A model generated the notes under the pieces. That model did not search any database, had not been told where the DNA came from, and saw nothing but the letters and a program-made list of their open reading frames with translations. From contig OZ245006.1 in NCBI GenBank assembly GCA_965223545.1, positions 7,488,001 to 7,552,000 on the forward strand: 64,000 nt of DNA. Direction: 5' to 3'. This document shows, piece after piece, positions 30,593-42,946 of the stretch (the stretch's first letter is position 1; each line of letters opens with the position of its first letter). The translations under genes were made by a program, and so were the position numbers. The DNA is from Planctomycetota bacterium (GTDB taxonomy: Bacteria; Planctomycetota; UBA1135; UBA2386).

Positions 30593-32701
30593 ATGATGAC
30601 CAACACCCCGACCCGTGGCGCCTCCGGCAAGGAGAGCAAAGACGAGCAGATGATCCGCATGACGCGGAACATCGGCATCATCGCCCACATCGACGCGGGC
30701 AAGACCACCGTCAGCGAGCGCATCCTGTTCGTCACCGGCCGCAGCCACAAGGTCGGCGAGGTGCACGAAGGGGAGGCCACCATGGACTACCTCGAAGAGG
30801 AGCGCAAACGCGGCATCACGATCACGTCCGCCGCGACCTCGGCGAGCTGGAAGGACTACAAGATCAACATCATCGACACGCCCGGCCACGTCGACTTCAC
30901 CGCCGAGGTGGAGCGCTCGCTGCGCGTGTTGGATGGCGCGGTCGGCATCTTCTGCGGCGTGGCCGGTGTGCAGCCGCAGTCGGAGACGGTGTGGCGGCAG
31001 GCCAACAAGTACAAGGTGCCGCGCTTGGCCTTCGTCAACAAGATGGACCGGACCGGCGCCAACCTCGACCACGCGGTCGAGACCATGCGCGCGCGGCTCA
31101 ACGCGCGTCCGGTGCCGCTGCAGATGCCGATCGGCACCGAGGCGGGCTTCCGCGGCGTCGTCGACCTGATCGACATGAAGGCCTACACCTGGGACGAGAA
31201 CGCCAAGGACCTGCACATCAACGACGTGCCCGAGGACCTGCGGGCCGAGGCCGAGTCGCGCCGCGAGGCGATGATCGATGCCGTCGCCGAGTTCCACGAC
31301 GAGCTGCTCGAGAAGTTCGTCGAGGGCGAGCCGGTGACCAACGAGGAGATCAAGGCGGCGATCCGCAAGGGCACTCTGTCGCTCGGCATCACCCCGGTGC
31401 TGTGCGGCTCCGCCTTCAAGGACAAGGGCGTGCAGAACCTGATGGACGCCGTCGTCGACTACCTGCCCGCGCCCAACGAGGTGCCGCCGATCGAGGGCTT
31501 CCACCCCAAGACCGAGGAGAAGATCGTGCGAGGCTTGCACTCGGACGAGCCGCTCGGCGCGATGGCCTTCAAGACGATCTCCGACCCCAACGGCGATCTC
31601 ACCTTCATCCGCATCTACTCGGGCGTCCTGCGCAAGGGCGAGAAGTACATCAACGGCCGCACCGGCCGCACCGAGCGCATCGGCCGGTTGGTGCGGATGC
31701 ACGCCGCGCAGCGCGAGCCGCTCGAGGAGGCCAAGGCGGGCGACATCGTCGCCGCCATCGGCATCAAGGAGATGATGACCGGTGACTCCATCTGCGGCAA
31801 AGAGCACCCCGTCGTCTACGAGGCGATGCAGTTCCCGGACACGGTGATCTCGATGGGCATCGAGCCCAAGGTGCACGCCGATCGCGACAAGCTGGCCGAC
31901 GTGCTGTCCAAGCTGGTGCGCGAGGATCCCACCTTCACCGCGCGGACCGACGAGCAGACCGGGCAGACGCTGATCAACGGCATGGGCGAGCTGCACCTGG
32001 AAGTGGTGTGCAACCGCATCGAGTCGGAGTTCAAGGTGCCGATCAAGCTGGGCAAGCCCAAGGTCGCCTTCAAGCAGACGATTCGCGAAGGGCGGGACAT
32101 CGAGGCGCGGCACATCAAGCAGTCGGGCGGCTCGGGTCAGTACGCGGTCGTGCGGGTTCGCTTCAGCAAGGATGCGGAGGCCGAGCGCGTCGCGTTCACC
32201 GACGCGGTCACCGGCGGCTCCGTGCCGAAGGAGTACATCCCGGCGGTCAGCGCCGGCGTGCAGATGGGCGCGGACGGTGGCGGCCGGCTGGGCTACCCGT
32301 TCGTCAACATCGCCGCCGAGCTGTACGACGGCAAGGCGCACGAGGTCGACTCCAGCGTGATGGCGTTCGAGGCGGCCGGCCAGCTCGCGTTCCGCCAGCT
32401 GATCGACGGCAACGCCGTCTTGCTCGAGCCGATCATGCAGATCGAGGTCGAGAGCCCCGAGTCGTACACCGGCGACGTCATCGGCGATCTGAGCTCCCGG
32501 CGCGGCATCATCGAGGAGATGATCACCAAGCCGGACGGGATCGCGTCGGTGCGCGGCCGCGTGCCGCTGTCGGAGATGTTCCAGTACTCGACCAAGCTGC
32601 GCTCGATCACCCAGGGGCGCGGCCACTACTCGATGCAGCCGCTCAGCTACGAGATCGTGCCGGAGTCGGTGCGCGAGAAGCTGCTCGAAGAGCAGCTCTG
32701 A
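30593..32701 (+). CDS. fusA: Elongation factor G (stand-alone copy)
   Basis: [48 protein letters not shown]; start 30569 or 30593. Confidence 0.95.
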   Translation: MMTNTPTRGASGKESKDEQMIRMTRNIGIIAHIDAGKTTVSERILFVTGRSHKVGEVHEGEATMDYLEEERKRGITITSAATSASWKDYKINIIDTPGHVDFTAEVERSLRVLDGAVGIFCGVAGVQPQSETVWRQANKYKVPRLAFVNKMDRTGANLDHAVETMRARLNARPVPLQMPIGTEAGFRGVVDLIDMKAYTWDENAKDLHINDVPEDLRAEAESRREAMIDAVAEFHDELLEKFVEGEPVTNEEIKAAIRKGTLSLGITPVLCGSAFKDKGVQNLMDAVVDYLPAPNEVPPIEGFHPKTEEKIVRGLHSDEPLGAMAFKTISDPNGDLTFIRIYSGVLRKGEKYINGRTGRTERIGRLVRMHAAQREPLEEAKAGDIVAAIGIKEMMTGDSICGKEHPVVYEAMQFPDTVISMGIEPKVHADRDKLADVLSKLVREDPTFTARTDEQTGQTLINGMGELHLEVVCNRIESEFKVPIKLGKPKVAFKQTIREGRDIEARHIKQSGGSGQYAVVRVRFSKDAEAERVAFTDAVTGGSVPKEYIPAVSAGVQMGADGGGRLGYPFVNIAAELYDGKAHEVDSSVMAFEAAGQLAFRQLIDGNAVLLEPIMQIEVESPESYTGDVIGDLSSRRGIIEEMITKPDGIASVRGRVPLSEMFQYSTKLRSITQGRGHYSMQPLSYEIVPESVREKLLEEQL

Positions 32702-32766
32702 CCGCCCTCCGCTGACCGCCGGCACCCCCCGTTGACAGAGGTGGGGGCGTCGCCGACGGTGGCGGC

Positions 32767-34488
32767 GTGCGTTGCTCCTCTCCTCTGCGGTTCACCGGGG
32801 CCGCGTTCGCCGCCGCGGCCGCTGCGGCGGCACCCGGCCTCGTGGCGCAGCCGGTCGTCTCCACCGGTGGCGAGACCATGCGATTGGCGGCGGCCAGCGT
32901 CACCGCGAGACCGGGTGGTGGTTGGAACGTCGACCTGACCATGCAGGACGACAACGGCAATGCGTCCCTGCCCACCAGCTGGCGGCGGTGGTGGCACTGC
33001 CAGATCGACGGTCTGCAGGCGGGCGGCGAGACCTTGTTCGTCACGGTGCGCAACGCCGGCTACAGCGATGTCATCCTGCCGGTTTGGTCCACCAGCACCG
33101 ATGGCGCTCAGTTCGGCGCCTACACGCGGTTGCCGCCGAGCGCGGTCCCGGTGGTCTCCGGCAGCACGCATCGCTTCACCGTGACCACGCCCCCCGGGGT
33201 CGTCAGCCTGCGGCTGGCGAAGTACTTTCCATACACGACGGCCGATAAGGCGGCCCTGCTGGCGAGCATCGCCGGGCACCCCTCGGGTAGGGTGCGCGGC
33301 ATCCGCAGCCTGGGCGCGTCGTGGCAGGGGCGCGCCATCGAGCGCGTGCAGCTCACCGATCCGAACGTGCCCGACCCGGGCAAGGTCCGGGTCTGGGTGC
33401 ACGCTGGCGTCCACCCCGCCGAGACCACCAGCTACTTCATGGTCGAGGGGTTGATCGGCTTCCTGCTGTCGTCCGACCCGGCCGCAGCGGACCTGGCCGC
33501 GCAGACGATCTTCGACATCGTGCCGATGGCCAACCCGGACGGCGTCGCGCTCGGCAACTACCGCACCAACAGCAGGAGCGTGGAGATCGAGTCGCAGTGG
33601 GCGAGTCCGTACAACAGCCCCGAGCGCGAGGTGGTGGCCTTGCGCACCGAGATCGAGCAGCTGATGGGCACCGCGGCGAGCCCGGGCACTGCGCCGATCC
33701 AGGTGTTGCTCAACCTGCACAGCACGCACAACATCGCGTTTCCGTTCCACTTTCAGCACAGCGCCAACCCGAGCTGGAACCCGGTGACCAACAACAGCGG
33801 GGTGGTGCCGGCCGTCAACGCGCTGGAGGCGCGGTTCATCGCCGATTTTCGCAATCGCAGCGCCTTCGTCGCCCGCGGCTCGACGCTGTCGAGCAGCTGC
33901 GGGGCGCCGGTGCGTCCGTTCGTCGAGTGCATGATGCACGACCGCTGGAGCGCGACCCAGGCCTGGGCCAGCGCGGGCGGCGCGCCGGTCATGGCGATCA
34001 CCTTCGAGGGCACCTACGGCCGTGGCCCGGACGGGGTGCAGTGGAACACGCCGGACGACTACCGGCGGGTCGGCGCGGAGCTCGCGCGGGCGCTGCACGA
34101 TTACCTGGGCTTGGTGCCGGTCGTCGTGCCGAGCGTGCTGAGCTACGGGCCGCCGTGTGGGGCGTCGCTGGCTGGCACGGCTTCGCCGTCATCGGCAGGG
34201 GCGACGGTGCGGTTGACCACCACCGGGGCGCCGCCGGCCGCGCCGGGCGTCCTCTTGTTCGGCGCGCTGCGCACCGTGCTGCCGTTGCCCGCGCCGTGGT
34301 CGTGCTTCGTGCTGACTCAGCCGTTGGCCGATCTGCCGATCGGCACCGATAGCGCGGGCACTGCGGTCGTGACCTTGCCCTTCCCGCCGGTGCCCGGAGC
34401 CGTGGTCGACGTGCAGGCCGCGATCGCGAACACCGGTGTCGCGCCGATCCAGATCGTCACCAGCAACGGCATCGAAGTGCGCAACTGA
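32767..34488 (+). CDS. Secreted M14 zinc carboxypeptidase with shared C-terminal domain
   Basis: Signal peptide; HPAE (HxxE), ANPDG, LNLHS, ITFE; C-terminal YGPPC...TSNGIEVRN. Confidence 0.85.
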   Translation: MRCSSPLRFTGAAFAAAAAAAAPGLVAQPVVSTGGETMRLAAASVTARPGGGWNVDLTMQDDNGNASLPTSWRRWWHCQIDGLQAGGETLFVTVRNAGYSDVILPVWSTSTDGAQFGAYTRLPPSAVPVVSGSTHRFTVTTPPGVVSLRLAKYFPYTTADKAALLASIAGHPSGRVRGIRSLGASWQGRAIERVQLTDPNVPDPGKVRVWVHAGVHPAETTSYFMVEGLIGFLLSSDPAAADLAAQTIFDIVPMANPDGVALGNYRTNSRSVEIESQWASPYNSPEREVVALRTEIEQLMGTAASPGTAPIQVLLNLHSTHNIAFPFHFQHSANPSWNPVTNNSGVVPAVNALEARFIADFRNRSAFVARGSTLSSSCGAPVRPFVECMMHDRWSATQAWASAGGAPVMAITFEGTYGRGPDGVQWNTPDDYRRVGAELARALHDYLGLVPVVVPSVLSYGPPCGASLAGTASPSSAGATVRLTTTGAPPAAPGVLLFGALRTVLPLPAPWSCFVLTQPLADLPIGTDSAGTAVVTLPFPPVPGAVVDVQAAIANTGVAPIQIVTSNGIEVRN

Positions 34489-34491
34489 TCA

Positions 34492-35595
34492 TCACAGACA
34501 GTCGCGCAACGCCGCGAGCACCCGCCGTACCGAGCACGAGGTGGCGCCGTGTCCCATCAGCCCGATGCGCCATACCGCGCCGGCCAGCGGTCCGAGCCCG
34601 CCACCGATCTCGATTTGGTGCTCGGCGCGCAAGCGCCGGCGCACCGCGGCCTCGTCGACCCCGTCGGGCACGCGCACCGAGGTCAGCATCGGTGTGCGTA
34701 GCGGCGCATCGACCAGACAGGACAGGCCGAGCGCGGCGAGGCCTTCGTACAGCTCGGTGGCCACCGCGCGGTGGCGCGCGGCGCGAGCGCCGACGCCCTC
34801 TTCGAGCGCCAGGTCCAGACTCGCCGCCAGGCCGTAGATCTGGTTGATCGGCGCGGTGTGGTGGTAGACCCGCTCGCCGCCCCAGTAGCCCCCGAGCAAG
34901 TTGACGTCGAGATACCAAGACGGTGGCGCCGCCTTGCGCTGGCGGGCGCGCTGAATCGCGCGCTGCGAGAAGGTGACCGGCGACAGGCCCGGAGGGGCCG
35001 ACAGGCACTTCTGCGTGCCGGCGTAGGCCGCGTCGACTCCCCACGCGTCGATGTCGAGCTCGACGCCGCCGAGGCTGGTGACGCAGTCGAGCACCAGCAG
35101 GGCGCCGGCCTCGCGTGCCGCCGCGGCGATCTCGTCCATGGGCTGCAGCACGCCGGTCGAGGTTTCCGCATGGACCACGCCGACCAGCGCGGTCTCGCCG
35201 GCGGCGATGGCGTCGCGCATGGCGGTGGGGTCGAGTGCGGTGCCGAACTCGGCGGCGACCTCGACGACGTCGCCACCTTGCCGGCGGGCGAGCTCCGCCA
35301 TGCGCCCGCCGAAGGCGCCGTGCACACCGATGACGACGCGGTCACCCGGCTCCACCAGGTTGACGAAGCAGGTCTCCATGCCGGCACTGCCGGTGCCGGA
35401 GATCGGCAGGGTGAACGGATTGTCGGTGCCGAACAGCGCGCGCAGATCGGCCTGCACCCGGTCCATCAATGCGAGGAACTCGGGATCCAAGTGGCCCAGG
35501 GTCGGTGCCGCCATCGCGGCCCGCACGCGGTGCGGCACGGGTGACGGGCCGGGGCCCAGAAGGAGGACTTCGCTGGGGGCAAACGGGGTGCGCAC
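34492..35595 (-). CDS. Alanine-glyoxylate/serine-pyruvate aminotransferase (class V PLP)
   Basis: LLLGPGPS, HAETSTG, DCVTSLGG, GTQKCL; start placed at GTG 35595, 7 nt after a TACGGT box. Confidence 0.92.
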   Translation of the reverse strand: MRTPFAPSEVLLLGPGPSPVPHRVRAAMAAPTLGHLDPEFLALMDRVQADLRALFGTDNPFTLPISGTGSAGMETCFVNLVEPGDRVVIGVHGAFGGRMAELARRQGGDVVEVAAEFGTALDPTAMRDAIAAGETALVGVVHAETSTGVLQPMDEIAAAAREAGALLVLDCVTSLGGVELDIDAWGVDAAYAGTQKCLSAPPGLSPVTFSQRAIQRARQRKAAPPSWYLDVNLLGGYWGGERVYHHTAPINQIYGLAASLDLALEEGVGARAARHRAVATELYEGLAALGLSCLVDAPLRTPMLTSVRVPDGVDEAAVRRRLRAEHQIEIGGGLGPLAGAVWRIGLMGHGATSCSVRRVLAALRDCL

Positions 35596-35643
35596 GGGCA
35601 AGACCGTAGCCCACGCGCTGGCGCTGGGCGAGAGACGTCGGCG

Positions 35644-36444
35644 TCAGCGCATGCGGTGCAAGGCGTCGGCGACGCGGCGCTGCAGCGCCTTGGGGGCGAG
35701 CACCAGGAGGTAGCCGCTCTCGGTGGCGTCGATGCGCGCGCCGTCCTCGGACCAAACTTCGGGGCCGGTGATCGTGCGCACCAGCTCGACGAGGACGTCC
35801 GGCTCGTAGGCGGCGGCGGACTCGCGCTCGCCACCGGCGCGCGGTACTCCGTCGTCGCTCGGCAGGCCCTGGATCACCGGTGGCAGGAACTCGGTGCGGG
35901 CGAACAGCAGGTCGCGCACGTCGTGGCTCTGCAACACCGCGTCGCGGCGGCCCTCGGCCGCGGTCTCGATCGAGACCGCGCCGTGCCGCACGCGCCAGCG
36001 CAGTCCGTCCACTCGGGCGGTGATCAGATCGAGAAAGTCCGCGGCCGTCACCCCGGCGCGCAGATCGACGTCCAACGCGGCGCCGGTGTCGGCGATCAGC
36101 GCGCGCGCGGCAGGGGATTGCACCATCGGCAGGTCGGCGGCGGTCGACAGCCACTGCAACACGGCATCGAGACCGGCGGTGTCGGCGGTGAACGATGCCG
36201 CTGGCAAGCGCGTGGTGTGCAAGCGGGCGCCGAGTGCGGGCGCTCGCGCGGGAAGCGGGGTGTGGCGCTCTTCGGCCGGGCGGGCCAACCTGTTGTCCGG
36301 CGCGGTCGGCTGCGCGGTGCGCGTCTCCACCGGAGTCCCGCGCTGCGGTGTCGGTGGGGTCGTGCAAGCGATCGCCATGGTCGCAACGACGGCGAGCGTC
36401 GCAGGACCGCGCGACGCGGAGAAGGCGTTGGTCGGCAGCACCAT
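35644..36444 (-). CDS. Lipoprotein with secretin N-terminal (STN/N3)-like domains but no secretin barrel
   Basis: Lipobox-like AIAC; HDVRDLL, LVELVRTITGPEVW, LLVLAP...V..AL pattern. Confidence 0.5.
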   Translation of the reverse strand: MVLPTNAFSASRGPATLAVVATMAIACTTPPTPQRGTPVETRTAQPTAPDNRLARPAEERHTPLPARAPALGARLHTTRLPAASFTADTAGLDAVLQWLSTAADLPMVQSPAARALIADTGAALDVDLRAGVTAADFLDLITARVDGLRWRVRHGAVSIETAAEGRRDAVLQSHDVRDLLFARTEFLPPVIQGLPSDDGVPRAGGERESAAAYEPDVLVELVRTITGPEVWSEDGARIDATESGYLLVLAPKALQRRVADALHRMR

Positions 36445-36498
36445 CACCTCACTCTACCGGCGGCGCCCAGCGCGGACGCCGGGTGGATTGCCAGGGCG

Positions 36499-38649
36499 TC
36501 AGCGGCCGGCAGGCGTGGTGAGGAACACACCGGGATCGGAGTCGGTGGCGTAACGCGACATCACCGCGCGATCGCCCGACGCCGGGTGCACCACCACGGC
36601 TCCGTGCAGAGCGGCGTCATAGACCACCAGCTGACCGGTCCGCGGATCGGCCGCGAGCGCGGTGGGTTCCTCGAGCAACGGCCCCGTTCCGCTCCCCTGC
36701 GTTGCCCACAGGCGCCGGTGCCCGCCGCGGGAGTCGATGTCGACGATGGCGGCGTGGCCGGCGTCGGCGACGAAGATGCTGCCGGCCGCGGTCACCGCGA
36801 TGGCCCGGGCGTCGAGGAAGATCGAGCCCGTGCCAACGACGGCGCCCATGGCGGGTTCGCCGCTGATCGCGGCCACTGCGCCGCTGCCGAGGTCCACCGC
36901 GATGACGGCCTTCGGCTCCAACACCAGCAGCTGGCCGCGCGTGTCGTCGAAGGCGAGGTCGAAGCCCTGCGGGCCGATGGTCGCCAGCCGGCGCGCCGTG
37001 CCGCTGGCGCGCTCGACGAGCAGGACGTCGAGGCTGCGGGGGACGTCGCGTTCTGCCAGGAGCGCGAGCCAGAGGCCCTGGCGGTCGATGGCAACCGCCC
37101 GCAACCGGCGTCCACCGGTCGCCAAGGGCACGATCCTGCGGCTGGCTTGCCGCGTGTCGATGGCGATCACCTCGTCGTCGCGCAACGCCAGAATCGCGCC
37201 GGTGGCCGGGTCGTACAGCAGTTCGACCGGCGCGCCGAGGGCAGCGCCACCGAACGTAGTGCCATCATCGACGATGCGGCGGTCGCCGGTGCCACGTGCG
37301 ATCGCGAGGATTGCGTGTGTCCCGCTGCCGGCGGCCGGGCGCCGTACCACCAGAGCCTCGGTCGGCGTGACGGCGAGCGAGGGCGTGATGCGGTCCAAGG
37401 GTGGTCCGCCGCCGAGCGGTGGCTGAGGGGAGACGAGGCGCTGCTGCGTGCCGTCGAGTCGCATCTCCATCAGCGCGTGGAGGTCGTCGTACGTCAGCCA
37501 AACGCGGTCAGGGCCGGCGATCGAGAGGCCTGTCGCAGGGGTCGGGGCGCTGGCGAAGAGCGGCTGCGTGCTGGAGTGCACGCGCCAAGTGCCGTTCGCG
37601 AGACTGATCTCAGCGAGGTCGCCGTCGGTCGCGAGCGCCAGAGCGCGGCCGCCGTCCAGTCGCATCGCGGCGACCTCCGCGGTCAGGTTGCTCAGGTTGG
37701 CGGCGATCTGCCAGGCCCCGGTGTTGCGGTTGATCCAGCCCAGCACCGGGCCGCCACCCGGATAGAGCGATCCGGCGACGAGGATGCGGCCAGGAAAGCG
37801 CACCTCGACGGCCACCGCTGCCAACGACGTGAGCCATGGCACGGTGGGCGGCGGCAGTGGGCCGCCGGCCAGCAACCGTCGGCGGCCGGTGAGGATGTCC
37901 ACCTCGACGACCACCGGCAGCTCGCGCGGACCGAAGACCGATGGCTGGACGATGGTGCCGCCCACCACAAGTCGGTTCAGCCAACCCATCAGGGCGACGT
38001 CGATGGTGCGGTGCCAATCGGTGGTGGCGGCCGCTGGGCCCGGCGCCGACAGGAGCCGGGTGTCGCCACTGCGCAAGTCCACCGTGTACACCTCGTTGGC
38101 GCCCGCGATGAAGGCGCGGTCCCCGTCGAGCGCGATCGCTTGCCCCTTGATCACCGCTCCGGCGGCCGACTGCAGCGCGATCGAGCGGCGGTTGCCGGTG
38201 GTGGTGTCGATGTCGATCAGGCGCGACCAGAGCGAGTCGAGTACGACGGCGCGGCGGGCGTCGGAATCGATGGCGACTGGCTCGCGCAGCAGTGGGCTGC
38301 GGCGCACCTGCAACGGCGGCCCGGGCAGTGCGAACCTGCGGCCGTCGATCTCGAACTCGATCGCCATCGCGTTGTCGCCGGGCTGCAGCGGCACGTCGAT
38401 CGACCAGTCGGCGAAGCCGTTCTGCGTCGAGGCCCGGCGGCCATCGACGAGCACGGCGTCGATCCGCGCCAGGTGGGTGGTGCCGCGCAGCGTGATGCGC
38501 GATGCGTCGGTCAGCGCCGCCCGTCCCGGGAAGGTGACCTCGACGGCGGGTGTGGTCGTGCCGGGCGCGCTGCCGGCTCCGCCGCACGCGAAGGGGACTG
38601 CGACGAGCAGTGCCAAGGCCGAGAGGGCGAGTCGTCGGCGAACGAGCAT
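36499..38649 (-). CDS. Lipoprotein with Ig-like domain and beta-propeller repeats
   Basis: LLVAVPFACGG lipobox; VPLQPGDN; repeated D-x2-TG-x-RR and G-x-GP motifs. Confidence 0.65.
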   Translation of the reverse strand: MLVRRRLALSALALLVAVPFACGGAGSAPGTTTPAVEVTFPGRAALTDASRITLRGTTHLARIDAVLVDGRRASTQNGFADWSIDVPLQPGDNAMAIEFEIDGRRFALPGPPLQVRRSPLLREPVAIDSDARRAVVLDSLWSRLIDIDTTTGNRRSIALQSAAGAVIKGQAIALDGDRAFIAGANEVYTVDLRSGDTRLLSAPGPAAATTDWHRTIDVALMGWLNRLVVGGTIVQPSVFGPRELPVVVEVDILTGRRRLLAGGPLPPPTVPWLTSLAAVAVEVRFPGRILVAGSLYPGGGPVLGWINRNTGAWQIAANLSNLTAEVAAMRLDGGRALALATDGDLAEISLANGTWRVHSSTQPLFASAPTPATGLSIAGPDRVWLTYDDLHALMEMRLDGTQQRLVSPQPPLGGGPPLDRITPSLAVTPTEALVVRRPAAGSGTHAILAIARGTGDRRIVDDGTTFGGAALGAPVELLYDPATGAILALRDDEVIAIDTRQASRRIVPLATGGRRLRAVAIDRQGLWLALLAERDVPRSLDVLLVERASGTARRLATIGPQGFDLAFDDTRGQLLVLEPKAVIAVDLGSGAVAAISGEPAMGAVVGTGSIFLDARAIAVTAAGSIFVADAGHAAIVDIDSRGGHRRLWATQGSGTGPLLEEPTALAADPRTGQLVVYDAALHGAVVVHPASGDRAVMSRYATDSDPGVFLTTPAGR

Positions 38650-38665
38650 TGGGTAGCCTCGAGCG

Positions 38666-40285
<1,620 letters not shown>

Positions 40286-40413
40286 GGCACGGGAAGGGTA
40301 GCCGGTGGCGTCGTGGGCGCACCAGGCTGCGGCGGGTCGGGCGCCCCGTACGTGCGAGCGGGCGCGGCGTTGCACGCCGCGCCCGCTCGCCGGGCAGCAG
40401 TCGAGTCTGCGCG

Positions 40414-40803
40414 TCAGGCGCCGATCAGGCCCTTGAGCTGGTCGATCACCGCCTTGAGCGGGCCGGCCAGGTTCTCGTTGGCAGTGATCCTCGAGATCTG
40501 CTCGGTGATCGCACTGAAGTCGAACTTGCCCGACACCGCACTCATCGCGGCCTCGGCGGCGCCCTTCGCCTTCTCGGCGAGGTCGCCACCGCTCGGCAGG
40601 GCTTCCTTGAGCTTGGTGACCAGGTCGCCGAGCTTGCCGGCGGCGGACTGCGCGGTCTCCGGCGTGGTGACGCCCTTCAGGGCTTCGGTGATCTGCTCGG
40701 CGATGCCGGCCACTTGGTTGCCCGCGGAGCCGGCTTCGGCGGTGCAGGAAGGCATGGCGAAAACGAGCGCGAGTGCGATGACAGGGGCGATCCAGAGCTT
40801 CAT
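40414..40803 (-). CDS. Small helical lipoprotein, hypothetical
   Basis: MKLWIAPVIALALVFAMPSC lipoprotein-like signal; RBS GGAG upstream. Confidence 0.7.
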   Translation of the reverse strand: MKLWIAPVIALALVFAMPSCTAEAGSAGNQVAGIAEQITEALKGVTTPETAQSAAGKLGDLVTKLKEALPSGGDLAEKAKGAAEAAMSAVSGKFDFSAITEQISRITANENLAGPLKAVIDQLKGLIGA

Positions 40804-41145
40804 GTTTGGGTTCTCCAGCAAAACGAGGGGTGGGTTCGAGGCCGTCTCGGGGCGGAGAATCTTAGCCCGCCTCGGCCCGGCGGCCAGAGATGGCCGGCAA
40901 ATGGCTGACTGAAGCGGGCGGCCGGGTATATTCAACCGGATCCCCTTCGCCGACGGAGGCCGCGCGCAGCCCCGGCCTCAGGTCCGCGTGACCGGGGCCG
41001 TCCACCCAGGCGCGACTGCCTTCGACCAAGGCGTCCACCATGCAGCCAGTTGTCGCGGCACGGCGAGCGTTTGCTCCCAGTCGCGAGCGCAGGCTGCCGG
41101 TGCATCTTCATTGCTCTCCCGAGAAACGAACCAAGCGAACTGTCC

Positions 41146-42858
41146 ATGTCTCAACTCATTGCTCCCCACGGTGGCACGCTGTGCGACCTGACCGTCGACG
41201 ACGCCCGTAGTGCGGCCCTCAAGGAGGCCTCGCGCGAGTGGCCATCCTGGGACCTGACCCCGCGGCAAATGTGTGATCTCGAGCTCCTGCTCAACGGCGG
41301 ATTCTCGCCGTTGCGCGGCTTCATGGGGCGCGAGGACTACGAGGGGGTGTGCGAGAAGATGCGGTTGGCGGATGGCACGTTGTGGCCGATGCCGGTGACC
41401 CTGGACCTGCCGGAGGAGTTGGCCGCGAAGCTCGAGAGTGGCAGCAAGCTGGCGCTGCGTGATCCCGAGGGCGTGATGCTCGCGGCGATGACCGTCGGCG
41501 ACGTCTGGAAGCCGGACCTCGAGGCAGAAGCACAACGGGTGTTCGGTACCACCGACGAGCTGCATCCGGCGGTCGCCCACCTGATGCGCAACACCAACCC
41601 GTGCTACGTCGGCGGCACGCTCGAGGGCCTGCAGCTGCCGACGCACTACGACTTCAAGGCGCTGCGCCGTTCGCCCGCCGAGCTGCGGCGCGACTTCGAG
41701 CGCCAGGGCTGGACCAAGGTGGTCGCGTTCCAGACGCGCAATCCGATGCACCGCGCGCACTTCGAGCTGACGTTGCGCGCCAGCAAGGAGATCGAGGCCA
41801 ACCTGCTGATCCAGCCGGTCGTCGGCTTGACCAAGCCGGGCGACGTCGACCACTACACCCGCGTGCACTGCTACAAGGCGTTGTTGCCGCGCTACCCGCA
41901 GATGACCGTCAAGCTGTCGCTGCTCAACCTGGCGATGCGCATGGGCGGGCCGCGCGAGGCGGTGTGGCACGCCATCATCCGCAAGAACTACGGCTGCACG
42001 CACCTGATCGTCGGCCGCGACCACGCCGGTCCCGGCAACGACAGCAAGGGCGAGCCGTTCTACGGCCCGTACGACGCGCAGGACCTCATGCGCGAGCACC
42101 AGGAGGAGATCGGCGTCCAGATGGTGCCGTTCAAGCTCATGGTCTACGTCGAGGAGCAGGACACCTACTTCCCGGCGGACGAGGTGCCCGAGGAGGCCCG
42201 CGTGCTGAACATCTCCGGCACCGAGCTCCGCAAGCGTTTGGCGGAGGGCAAGACCATTCCGGAGTGGTTCACCTACCCCGAGGTCGCGACGGCGCTGCAG
42301 CAGTCCCACCGGCCGCGGCACCGCCAGGGCTTCACGGTCTTCATGACCGGGCTCTCCGGCTCCGGCAAGTCGACCATCGCCAACGCACTGCTGGTCAAGT
42401 TCTGCGAGATGGGCGGTCGTCCGGTGACCCTGCTCGACGGCGACATCGTGCGCAAGAACCTGTCGTCGGAGCTCGGCTTCTCGCGCGAGCACCGCGACAT
42501 CAACATCCGCCGCATCGGCTACGTGGCGTCGGAGATCACCAAGAACGGTGGCATCGCCATCTGCGCGCCGATCGCCCCGTACGACAACGTGCGGCGCCAG
42601 GTCCGCGAGATGATCAGTCCGCTCGGCGGCTACATCCTGGTGCACATCGCCACACCGATCGAGGAGTGCGAGAAGCGCGACCGCAAGGGCCTCTACGCCA
42701 AGGCGCGCGCCGGCATCATCAAGGAGTTCACCGGCATCTCCGATCCTTACGAGGAGCCGGAGGACGCCGACGTCGTGATCCAGACCACCGAGCTCTCGCC
42801 GGAGCAGGCCGCGCAGCAGATCATTCTGCACCTGGAGAGCGAGGGCTACATCAGCTGA
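41146..42858 (+). CDS. sat: Bifunctional sulfate adenylyltransferase / adenylylsulfate kinase (Sat-CysC)
   Basis: QTRNPMHRAH, GRDHAG, P-loop GLSGSGKST, LLDGD, KGLYAKARAG. Confidence 0.95.
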   Translation: MSQLIAPHGGTLCDLTVDDARSAALKEASREWPSWDLTPRQMCDLELLLNGGFSPLRGFMGREDYEGVCEKMRLADGTLWPMPVTLDLPEELAAKLESGSKLALRDPEGVMLAAMTVGDVWKPDLEAEAQRVFGTTDELHPAVAHLMRNTNPCYVGGTLEGLQLPTHYDFKALRRSPAELRRDFERQGWTKVVAFQTRNPMHRAHFELTLRASKEIEANLLIQPVVGLTKPGDVDHYTRVHCYKALLPRYPQMTVKLSLLNLAMRMGGPREAVWHAIIRKNYGCTHLIVGRDHAGPGNDSKGEPFYGPYDAQDLMREHQEEIGVQMVPFKLMVYVEEQDTYFPADEVPEEARVLNISGTELRKRLAEGKTIPEWFTYPEVATALQQSHRPRHRQGFTVFMTGLSGSGKSTIANALLVKFCEMGGRPVTLLDGDIVRKNLSSELGFSREHRDINIRRIGYVASEITKNGGIAICAPIAPYDNVRRQVREMISPLGGYILVHIATPIEECEKRDRKGLYAKARAGIIKEFTGISDPYEEPEDADVVIQTTELSPEQAAQQIILHLESEGYIS

Positions 42859-42870
42859 GCGGAGAGCGCG

Positions 42871-42897
42871 GCCCCGTTCGGCCAGTGCGAACGGGGC
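42871..42897 (+). terminator. GC-rich hairpin after sat-cysC, putative terminator
   Basis: GCCCCGTTCG-7 nt-CGAACGGGGC perfect 10-bp stem; weak U-tract. Confidence 0.5.
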
Positions 42898-42946
42898 TGT
42901 CGCCAGGGGCTCGGCGGCCGCGATCACGGCGCTATCGTGTGGTGTC

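Noticed and set aside
28307..32725. 1472-aa minus-strand ORF
   Set aside because: Antisense shadow of fusA and its neighbour; low-complexity and typical of high-GC DNA
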